Source: Selaginella moellendorffii
Lineage: Eukaryota; Plantae; Lycopodiophyta
NCBI RefSeq assembly: GCF_000143415.4
Contig: NW_003314268.1
Location: 1,410,672-1,474,671 of the forward strand
Length of the DNA stretch: 64,000 nt
Direction of reading: 5' to 3'
Each line of letters opens with the position of its first letter. The stretch's first letter is position 1. The notes under the pieces were generated by a model. The model was not told the origin of the DNA and did no database searches. It worked only from the letters and a program-made list of their open reading frames with translations. Positions 1-9,972 of this stretch are shown piece after piece. The translations under genes were made by a program, and so were the position numbers.

Positions 1-512
1 GCTCACTGCTTGTACCAAGCTCGGTGCTCTGGAAGAAGGGAAACTTATCCAGGATCGTCTAGCAGGAACCCAGCTCGAGCTCGATATTGGTGTGCGCAAC
101 CTCACGATCAACATGTACGTGAAGTGTGGTTGCCTAGATGGAGCAGTGCAAACTTTCGCGAGGATGAAGCGACGGGATGTGGTCTCCTGGACTGTGATGA
201 TCGGAGCTTACTCACAGGATGGGAAGTTCAGCCTCTCGCTCCAGCTCTTCCGGGAAATGCTGCTCGAAGGGACTGCTCCAAACAGTGTCACCTTTGTCAG
301 TATCTTGAGCGGCTGCGAAGCACCATCTTTACTCGAGCAAGGGAGGCAGATTCACGCTCTAGTGGTGGAGAGCAGTCTCGAGTCACACGTCGTTGTAGCG
401 AATTCTCTGCTGGGGATGTATAGCAGATGCCGCAGCTGGGAGGATTCGAGAAGTTTGTTCGACAGAATGAGCGTCCGAGACTCGGTTTCATGGTCGACGA
501 TCATCATGGCCT
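1..512 (+). pseudogene. Truncated PLS-class PPR fragment (copy 1; its 5' end lies outside the window)
   Basis: Near-identical to 10533-11044 of the intact PPR; identity stops at ...ATCATCATGGCCT (512), where LTR sequence begins. Confidence 0.9.
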
Positions 513-3500
513 ACGAGGAGTTTACCGGAGTTACACGAACTACGGGAATATTCCGAGAATATTCCATGGCCTAGCTCTCCTGTTCGCTTCATCGGTGATG
601 GCGGGTGAGTAAGATATTGATCTTCATGAGGAGTATGGTGTTAGTGATAATGGCCATGATGATGTGGAAGAGACTCTTAATGATGTCATTGTGTGTTAGA
701 TTTCTGAGGTTCAGAGCGACGTAACAAGTTCGTGATTACCATTGGTATGTCAAGTATGCCAAGGATTATAGTATCGTGGAATGGAAATCATCACCGGATG
801 TTTGTAATAGTCAATAGGTTGATTCTTGGTTAGAATTGTGAGAAAGTTGTTAGTCTCACAATCCTTGTGAGGATAAGGTGAAGATAGATTTCTTTGTGAT
901 GAAGTTTACGGGCTATGCTTATTCGTGGTGAAAGAACTACATTAAAGTTAATTCGAAGCCGACTTCTTAGACTGATTTGACAAAGGTTTTCTACACTTCG
1001 TTTGTCAAAAAGTTTGAAGAAGTTAATCTCGTGAACTAGCTATTAAAAATTTAACAAAGGACTTTGTCTTTGAATGCATATGCCCGCAAGTTCTATGATC
1101 TTTGCCTTAATCTCATGGGCACCTATAATGAGCTGTTAAAAGTGCAATGTTTCATCAAAAAATTGAGCTTAGTGGATATGTAGCAAAAGGTCAAAAAGGA
1201 TTTTCCTACAACATTGACTGATGCAATCACTAGGGCTCAGATCTTTTCACCCAAACTGTCAGTCAACTTAGTCAACTCTAGTCAACAGGATGGTCTATGG
1301 GGAGGTCAACGTGATAACCAAACCACCAATACTTCATCTTTAGAGAAGAAATTCCTATTATTCTATCATAGCTTGAAGAGTGGAGATGGTAATGAGGCCA
1401 AAAGACATTGTTTGGACTAATGAGAGAAGGATAAAGCAGAGGGCAATTATTTTCATTGCCATAGGGCTGAACATTAGAGCAAAAATTGTTCTGAAAGGGT
1501 CAATGAATGAATGAATGGCAACATTATCTATATGGATCAGACTTCCATGTGGATTTAGATCATCAATCTCTCTAATATTTCAGTCGACAAAAGGATCTTC
1601 GAGACCGCCTTGCTCATTGGCAAGAGTTCCTATAGGAAATGTTTGTTAAAATCCAGTACAAGTATAGAGGTGACAATAAGGTGGCTGATGTATTATCCAG
1701 GATGGTAAATTCTATCTTGTTCATAAAGTTATCCAGCGATCTCTTAGATGAGCTTAAGGAGTTTGCTGACTTCGACTCCTTTATCACTAATATTTGCGCG
1801 AAGGTTTTGTTGAGGGACGCCTCTACAAATTTGAAGGGTAACAAGTTTGCATCATTCGAAATACGAGATGGAATTCTAGTGAAGAAGGGACATGTAGTGG
1901 TTTCTCGTGTTAACAAACTCATCAAACAAATTTTGGTTGAGTGTTATGATGTGCCAAGTGTTGGGCATTCGGGGGTATTGAGAAAGTATATTTTGGTGAA
2001 GAGGCATTTCTTTTGGCCTGGGAAAGTCAGATGTTGAGAAATACATACATGGTTGTTTGACTTGCCAAGCAATCAAAAATTAATCATCAAAAGCTCGCTG
2101 GCCTCTATCATCCTTTACGTGTACCCGAGAATAAATGGGATAGCATCTCAATGGACTTTATCATTGTTTTGCCCAAAACCTTTCAAAGAAATGATGCTAT
2201 TTGGGTTGTTGTGGATCGTTTGACCAAGATGGCTCACTTCTTCCCTGTGAAAATGACGATAAAAGCTTCTGAACTTGCTCAGTTGTTTGTAGACCGGTTA
2301 TTTAGTCTCTATGGTTTGCCAGGTGACATTGTGAATGATCAGGATTCCAAGTTCACGTCCAAATTTTGGCAAACAGTCTTTGAAAAGCTAGAGACTAAGT
2401 TGAGCATGAGTAGTGGTGAGCATCCACAATCTAATGGACAGACAGAACGCATGAATCAGCTATTAGAAGATATGCTAAGGTTTTTTGTGGGAAACTTGAC
2501 TCGACAGAGAGTATGGGAGAAGTACTTACCTTTACTTCACTTTGCTCATAATAGCGCTCATCAATCAGCTATTGGCATGTCTCCCTTTATAGCAATATAT
2601 GGCTATGAGCCTAAGCCTCTTGTGAGTTTGAATTTGGCTTTGGTTTGGGTACCTCATGCTTGTGATTTTCTAGAGGATATGCAAAACAAACTTGAGTTGG
2701 CAAAGTTGAACATAAGGCAAGCTCAATAACAAGACAAAAGATTAGCTGATGAGCATCATCGTCATCAAGAGTACAAAGTTGGTAACAAGGTTTTCCTTAA
2801 GCTGTCAGATGCACAACAGTTTCTGAAAGGAGGTGGCAGTGCTAAGTTGCCTCCATAGTATTGTGGATCTTAGACAATTTTACAGCGTGTAGGGGATCTT
2901 GCATACACTTTGGACTTGCTAGTTAATTCAAAAATTCATCCAACATTCCATGTGAGTAAGCTTAAAGCGTGTTTGCACTCTGGTGATATTGTGGATCAAT
3001 CCATCATCCAAGTCCCAAAGATTGATGCAAAGAAGGTTGGTCCAACCAATATTCTTGCTCAAAGATTGGTGAAAACACGCCAGAAGACAACTAAAGAGTT
3101 GTTAGTTCAATGGAATGATTATTCCATGGACGACGCTACATGGGAAATTGAGGATGACATGAAGAGAGTGTTTCCAAGTTTTGGTTATAATTTAGATGAC
3201 ATTTTTGAGGAAGGGGAAAATTGAGTTTTATATCCGTATTGCTATATAATTTGAGCTGTTTGTTCTATTTTCATTCTTTTGTTTCTATGATTATATTGTC
3301 ATGTGAAAAAGCTATATTGCTTTCTTTCTTTCATGGCCATTTGCTGTGACATTGGTGTTGCCATTTGCACACCTTTTCTCCATGGCCATATTGCCTTTTG
3401 ACTCCCTTCATGTGAGGCTCGTTTAACTTCTTAAGGCTGCCTTATGTTGCTAGGTCATCAGAACGACACAAACCACAAGAATATTCTGAGAATATTCCAT

Positions 3501-3554
3501 GACCTCTGGGATTTAAAGCAGCTTGGGCTAGGGTTCACTCTCCTGTTCGTTTCA
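513..3554 (+). mobile_element. Degenerate Ty3/gypsy chromovirus, copy 1 (5' LTR truncated, protease/RT largely deleted)
   Basis: Stop-ridden gag with decayed CCHC knuckle near 1448-1490; integrase core MDFI...VVVDRLTKMAHF...HPQSNGQTERMN (2151-2729); chromodomain ELLVQW..YSMDDATWE (2910-3224); polypurine tract GAGGAAGGGGAAAA (3207-3220); 3' LTR TG...CA at 3222-3554; 513-591 matches the 3' end of that LTR. Confidence 0.9.
3222..3554 (+). repeat. 3' LTR of chromovirus copy 1
   Basis: Begins TG right after the PPT and ends ...CTGTTCGTTTCA; GAATATTCyGAGAATATTCCATG and CTCCTGTTCG are shared with the 5' LTR remnant at 513-591. Confidence 0.75.
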
Positions 3555-3986
3555 ATGACAGATGAGGTAAATAGGACCAACACGCTTCCAAATCTTCGAT
3601 AATCTTTCTCTATCATTTCATAGGCTCCAGTTCAAAAGCAAGTGGTCTCTCTTTCCAATTCCCTGAGCTGCTTAGAGCTGAGAAAATGCATCAAAGAAAA
3701 AGTCCCTCACGTCCTGTTAGACGTCCGTGACGAGCACCAGTACGCCATCAGCGCGCTGCCACAGTCGACAAACATTCCTCTCTCGCAACTCCAGAAGAAC
3801 AGCCAAGAGCTCCGCGATATCATACTCGACGACGAGAAGATGCCAGTCTTTGTCATCTGCTGGAGGGGGAATAGCTCTCAGGAAGCTGTGGAGCTGCTCA
3901 GAAACTCTGGAGTTAACGCCTTGGATGTCACAGGAGGACTTGAGGCGTGGTCCAGAGAGGTAGACTCCAAGTTTCCTTTGTACTAA
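3555..3986 (+). pseudogene. CNX5: Orphan 3' exons of MOCS3/CNX5 (UBA4-like) adenylyltransferase-sulfurtransferase, rhodanese domain, copy 1
   Basis: Exon remnant ATGACAGATGAG (3555-3566), GT-AG intron 3567-3623, last exon 3624-3986 encoding HVLLDVR...NIPL...VICWRGNSSQ...DVTGGLEAW...VDSKFPLY, the typical MOCS3 C-terminus. The active-site loop is CWRG instead of CRRG, and the 5' part is replaced by the LTR. Confidence 0.85.
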
Positions 3987-4230
3987 ATCGTTTTTTCTCT
4001 ACAGGAAAGCTCAAGGTCTTGGTTTTCTTAGAAACAAAGCACTTTTTCTTTCGAGAATCATCAAAAGTTTCGCCGTTAGGTAAAGAGTTTTGCTTGAGAA
4101 AGACTACAATGGAAGAAAAGTTCAAGCCAACCAATGGCTAGAACCAACGTATTTTCCCACAGGGAGTTTGATCTATCAAAAACACCATGGCGGTTGTATA
4201 TAAATCTAAGCTGCATCGTCGTCTTGGGCG

Positions 4231-4631
4231 CTAGAAGCAAGCGCCTAGCAAACAACAGCAACACAAGGCCCCCAAACTGGAAGAAAAAAAAGGATCAACA
4301 AATGCAAAAAAAAAGGGAAGAGCTTCGAGCGAAGCGAGGCTCCAGAGATTTTGGAACTATAAATTTACCATCCCTGGATGAACGACGGGCCTTTGTTGTT
4401 CTGATGATTCTCCTCCTGCTTATATCCCGGCTGTTGGACTGGATAGCCCGCTGGAGGATAGCCTTGCGGAGGACATCCCTGGGGAGGATAGCCTTGCGGA
4501 GGATACGCTGAAACACCCCAGATCTCTCAGATATCCAGGCAAAGATCTCGCGATTTCTCGCGGCGCTTACCTTGACCATAGCCTTGCGGCGGCGGCGCTT
4601 GCACTGGCGGCTTCTGATCGTAGTAGCTCAT
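4231..4631 (-). CDS. CYSTM cysteine-rich transmembrane-module protein, 81 aa, 3 exons (4631-4571, 4507-4369, 4276-4231), copy 1
   Basis: Hand splice with GT-AG introns gives MSYYDQKPPVQAPPPQGYGQAYPPQGYPPQGCPPQGYPPAGYPVQQPGYKQEENHQNNKGPSFIQGCLGALCCCCLLGACF*, i.e. YPPQG repeats plus the CYSTM C-terminus. Confidence 0.9.
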
Positions 4632-4860
4632 CCTCTCCTGACTCGTTCGTTTTGCTTTCGATCGTGGTGCGTGTACCCGTTATAAAGGAGGCCATAAACG
4701 CGGAATGATATTTCCTAGGCTTGACGGACGGTCACTGCTTCGATAGCAATGGCTGATGGAGCGTGGTCAAGACGGCTTCGGCAGTGCAAGGGTTTATGGG
4801 GTTTAGGGCTGACGATGCCCCCTGTTTTTAAGGGTTCTTGAGGATGAGGAAGCTCTGGCG

Positions 4861-5932
4861 ATGGCGACGCGCCAGCTTGCGCCAGGTTCGTGCTCGATTT
4901 GTCGCGGATTTTGATTGATTCTCGTGTTTTCAGGGAGAATGCCGTGGCGCGGGTTGTTTGTTTCGAGCATATCGACGCAATGCGGGTCTTCCAGTGATTT
5001 GTTCGATGTCTCGGCATTGCTGCGGCTAGGAGGAGCAAAGGCGGCGCTGGATTATCTCGATTCCAGGCAAGGTCGAGATGGTTTCTTGGATTCTTCCACG
5101 CTCGCGAGGTTGCTGCTGGATTGTGGAAGATCCAGCGCTCTCGCGGAGGGCCGGCGCGTCCACGAGTACGTTGTGAGATCCAGGTTTGTCCGCGACGCGT
5201 TCCTTGGCAATCACCTCGTCCATATGTATCTCAAGTGCCAGAGCTTCGACGAGGCCGAGAGGGTTTTCCAGAGCGCTGCTTGTGAGAGCTTTGATGTTGC
5301 AACGTGGACAGCAGTGATCGTCGCTAGAGCGGGGCTCGGGAAATGGAAGTTGGTGTTTGGTCAGCTGGATGAGATGGATCGGAGAGGGATTCCACCGGAC
5401 AGGGTCATGATCAAGACGTTGTTCACTGCTTGTACCAAGCTCGGTGCTCTGGAAGAAGGGAAACTTATCCAGGATCGTCTAGCAGGAACCCAGCTCGAGC
5501 TCGATATTGGTGTGCTCAACCTCACGATCAACATGTACGTGAAGTGTGGTTGCCTAGATGGAGCAGTGCAAACTTTCGCGAGGATGAAGCGACGGGATGT
5601 GGTCTCCTGGACTGTGATGATCGGAGCTTACTCACAGGATGGAAAGTTCAGCCTCTCGATCCAGCTCTTCCGGGAAATGCTGCTCGAAGGGACTGCTCCA
5701 AACAGTGTCACCTTTGTCAGTATCTTGAGCGGCTGCGAAGCACCATCTTTACTCGAGCAAGGGAGGCAGATTCACGCTCTAGTGGTGGAGAGCAGTCTCG
5801 AGTCACACGTCGTTGTAGCGAATTCTCTGCTGGGGATGTATAGCAGATGCCGCAGCTGGGAGGATTCGAGAAGTTTGTTCGACAGAATGAGCATCCGAAA
5901 CTCAGTTTCATGGTCGACGATCATCATGGCCT
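4861..5932 (+). pseudogene. Truncated PLS-class PPR (copy 2) reading into the LTR (chimeric ORF ends 6039)
   Basis: Near-identical to the 5' third of the PPR at 9973-12780; same breakpoint as copy 1. Confidence 0.88.
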
Positions 5933-8683
5933 ACGAGGAGTTTACCGGAGTTACACGAACTACGGGAATATTCCGAGAATATTCCATGGCCTGGCTTTCC
6001 TGTTCGATTCATTGGTATTGGAACAGCACGTTCTTTTAGGGATGGCGGGTGAGTAAGATATTGATCTTGATGAGGAGTATGGTGTTAGTGATAATGGCCA
6101 TGATGATGTGGAAGAGACTCTTAATGATGTTATTGTGTGCTAGATTTCTGAGGTTCAGAGTGACATAACAAGTTTGTGATTATCATTGGTACGTCAAGCA
6201 TGCCAAGGATTATAATATCGTGGAATGGAAATCATCACCAAATGTTTGTAATAGTCAATAGGTTGATTCTTGGTTGGAATTGTGGGAAAGTTGTTAGTCT
6301 CACAATCCTTGTGAAGATAAGGTGAAGATAGATTTCTTTGTGATGAAGTTTATGGGCTATGTTTATTCGTGGTGGAAGAATTACATTAAAGTTAATCCGA
6401 AGCCGACTTCTTAGACTGATTTGACAAAGGTTTTCTACACTTTGTTTGTCAAAAAGTTTGAAGAAGTTAATCTCGTGAACTAGCTATTAAAAATCTAACA
6501 AAGGACTTTGTCTTTGAATGCATATGCCCGCAAGTTCTATGATCTTTGCCTTAATCTCATGGGCACCTATAATGAGCTGTTAAAAGTGCAATGTTTCATC
6601 AAAAAATGAATGAATTGTTCTGAAAGGGTCAATGAATGAATGAATGGCAACATTATCTATATGGATCAGATTTCCATGTGGATTTAGATCATCAATCTCT
6701 CTAATATTTCAGTCGACAAAAGGATCTTCGAGATCGCCTTGCTCATTGGCAAGAGTTCCTATAGGAAATGTTTGTTAAAATCCAGTACAAGCATGGAGGT
6801 GACAATAAGGTGGCTAATGTATTATCCAGGATGGTAAATTCTATGTTGTTCATAAAGTTATCCAGCGATCTCTTGGATGAGCTTAAGGAGTTTGCTGACT
6901 TCGACTCCTTTATCACTAATATTTGCGCGAAGGTTTTGTTGAGGGACGCCTCTACAAATTTGAAGGGTAACAAGTTTGCATCATTCGAAATACAAGATGG
7001 AATTCTGGTGAAGAAGGGACATGTAGTGGTTTCTCGTGTTAACAAACTCATCAAACAAATTTTGGTTGAGTGTTATGATATGCCAAGTGTTGGGCATTCG
7101 GGGGTATTGAGAAAGTATATTTTGGTGAAGAGGCATTTCTTTTGGCTTGGGAAAGTCAGATGTTGAGAAATACATGCATGGTTGTTTGACCTGCCAAGCA
7201 ATCAAAAATTAATCATCAAAAGCTCGCTGGCCTCTATCATCCTTTACGTGTACCCGAGAATAAATGGGATAGCATCTCAATGGACTTTATTATTGGTTTG
7301 CCCAAAACCTTTCAAGGAAATGATGTTATTTGGGTTGTTGTGGATCGTTTGACCAAGATGGCTCACTTCTTCCCTGTGAAAACGACGATAAAAGCTTCTG
7401 AACTTGCTCAGTTGTTTGTAGACCGGTTATTTAGTCTCTATGGTTTGCCAGGTGACATTGTGAATGATCAGGATTCCAAGTTCACGTCCAAATTTTGGCA
7501 AACAGTATTTGAGAAGCTAGAGACTAAGTTGAGCATGAGTAGTGGTGAGCATCCACAATCTAATGGACAGACAGAGCGCATGAATCAACTATTAGAAGAT
7601 ATGCTAAGGTTTTTTGTGGGAAACTTGACTCGACAGAGAGTATGGGAGAAGTACTTACCTTTGCTTCACTTTGCTCATAATAGCGCTCATCAATCAGCTA
7701 TTGGCATGTCTCCCTTTATAGCAATATATGGCTATGAGCCTAAGCCTCTTGTGAGTTTGAATTTGGCTTTGGTTTGGGTACCTCATGCTTGTGATTTTCT
7801 AGAGGATATGCAAAACAAACTTGAGTTGGCAAAGTTGAACATAAGGCAAGCTCAATAACAAGACAAAAGATTAGTTGATGAGCATCGTCGTCATCAAGAG
7901 TACAAAGTTGGTAACAAGGTTTTCCTTAAGCTGTCAGATGCACAACAGTTTCTAAAAGGAGGTGGCAATGCTAAGTTGCCTCCATAGTATTGTGGATCTT
8001 GGACAATTTTACAGCGTGTAGGGGATCTTGCATACACTTTGGACTTGCTAGTTAGTTCGAAAATTCATCCAACATTCCATGTGAGTAAGCTTAAAGCGTG
8101 TTTGCACTCTAGTGATATTGTGGATCAATCCATCATCCAAGTCCCAAAGATTGATGCAAAGAAGGCTGGTCCAACCAATATTCTTGCTCAAAGATTGGTG
8201 AAAACATGCCGAAAGACAACTAAAGAGTTGTTAGTTCAATGGAATGATTATTCCATGGACAACGCTATATGGGAAATTAAGGATGACATGAAGAGAGTGT
8301 TTCCAAGTTTTGGTTATAATTTAGATGACATTTTTGAGGAAGGGGAAAATTGAGTTCTATATCCGTATTGCTATATAATTTGAGCTGTTTGTTCTATTCT
8401 CATTCTCTTATTTCTATGATTATTTTGTCATGTGAAAAAGTTATATTGCTTTCTTTCTTTCATGGCCATTTACTGTGACATTGGTGTTGCCATTTGCACA
8501 CCTTTTCTCCATGGCCATATTGCCTTTTGACTCCCTTCATGTGAGGCTCGTTTAACTTCTTAAGATTGCCTTATGTTGCTAGGTCATGAGAACAACACAA
8601 ACCACAAGAATATTCTAAGAATATTCTATGACCTCTGGGATTTAAAGCAGGTTGGCCTAGGGTTCACTCTCCTGTTCGTTTCA
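5933..8683 (+). mobile_element. Degenerate Ty3/gypsy chromovirus, copy 2
   Basis: Same structure as 513-3554. Retains PBS-like TGGTATTGGAAC (6013-6024) after the LTR end ...TTCA; extra ~320-bp gag deletion near 6607; integrase 7280-7858; chromodomain 8039-8353; 3' LTR 8351-8683. Confidence 0.9.
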
Positions 8684-9115
8684 ATGACAGATGAGGTAAA
8701 TAGGACCAACACGCTTTCAAATCTTCGATAATCTTTCTCTATCATTTCGTAGGCTCCAGTTCGAAAGCAAGTGGTCTCTCTTTCCAATTCCCTGAGCTGC
8801 TTAGAGCTGAGAAAATGCATCGAAGAAAAAGTCCCTCACGTCCTGTTAGACGTCCGTGACGAGCACCAGTACGCCATCAGCGCGCTGCCACAGTCGACAA
8901 ACATTCCTCTCTCGCAACTCCAGAAGAACAGCCAAGAGCTCCGCGATATCATACTCGACGACGAGAAGATGCCAGTCTTTGTCATCTGCCGGAGGGGGAA
9001 TAGCTCTCAGGAAGCCGTGGAGCTGCTCAGAAACTCTGGAGTTAACGCCTTGGATGTCACGGGAGGACTTGAGGCGTGGTCCAGAGAGGTAGACTCCAAG
9101 TTTCCTTTGTACTAA
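8684..9115 (+). pseudogene. CNX5: Orphan 3' exons of MOCS3/CNX5 rhodanese domain, copy 2
   Basis: Same as 3555-3986 but keeps the CRRGN active-site loop. Confidence 0.85.
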
Positions 9116-9359
9116 ATCGTTTTTTCTCTACAGGAAAGCTCAAGGTCTTGGTTTTCTTAGAAACAAAGCACTTTTTCTTTCGAGAATCATCAAAAGTTTC
9201 GCCGTTAGGTAAAGAGTTTTGCTTGAGAAAGACTACAATGGAAGAAAAGTTCAAGCCAACCAATGGCTAGAACCAACGTATTTTCCCACAGGGAGTTTGA
9301 TCTATCAAAAACACCATGGCGGTTGTATATAAATCTAAGCTACATCGTCGTCTTGGGCG

Positions 9360-9760
9360 CTAGAAGCAAGCGCCTAGCAAACAACAGCAACACAAGGCCC
9401 CCAAACTGGAAGAAAAAAAAGGATCAACAAATGCAAAAAAAAAGGGAAGAGCTTCGAGCGAAGCGAGGCTCCAGAGATTTTGGAACTATAAATTTACCAT
9501 CCCTGGATGAACGACGGGCCTTTGTTGTTCTGATGATTCTCCTCCTGCTTATATCCCGGCTGTTGGACTGGATAGCCCGCTGGAGGATAGCCTTGCGGAG
9601 GACATCCCTGGGGAGGATAGCCTTGCGGAGGATACGCTGAAACACCCCAGATCTCTCAGATATCCAGGCAAAGATCTCGCGATTTCTCGCGGCGCTTACC
9701 TTGACCATAGCCTTGCGGCGGCGGCGCTTGCACTGGCGGCTTCTGATCGTAGTAGCTCAT
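9360..9760 (-). CDS. CYSTM protein, copy 2 (3 exons)
   Basis: Offset +5129 from copy 1; the exons and splice sites appear identical. Confidence 0.9.
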
Positions 9761-9972
9761 CCTCTCCTGACTCGTTCGTTTTGCTTTCGATCGTGGTGCG
9801 TGTACCCGTTATAAAGGAGGCCATAAACGCGGAATGATATTTCCTAGGCTTGACGGCAATGGCTGATGGAGCGTGGTCAAGACGGCTTCGGCAGTGCAAG
9901 GGTTTATGGTGGGTTTAGGGCTGACGATGCCCCCTGTTTTTAAGGGTTCTTGAGGATGAGGAAGCTCTGGCG

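Noticed and set aside
4134-4579. ORFs 4134-4511 (+) and 4295-4579 (-) and their copies near 9263-9708
   Set aside because: Alternative frames of the spliced CYSTM gene.
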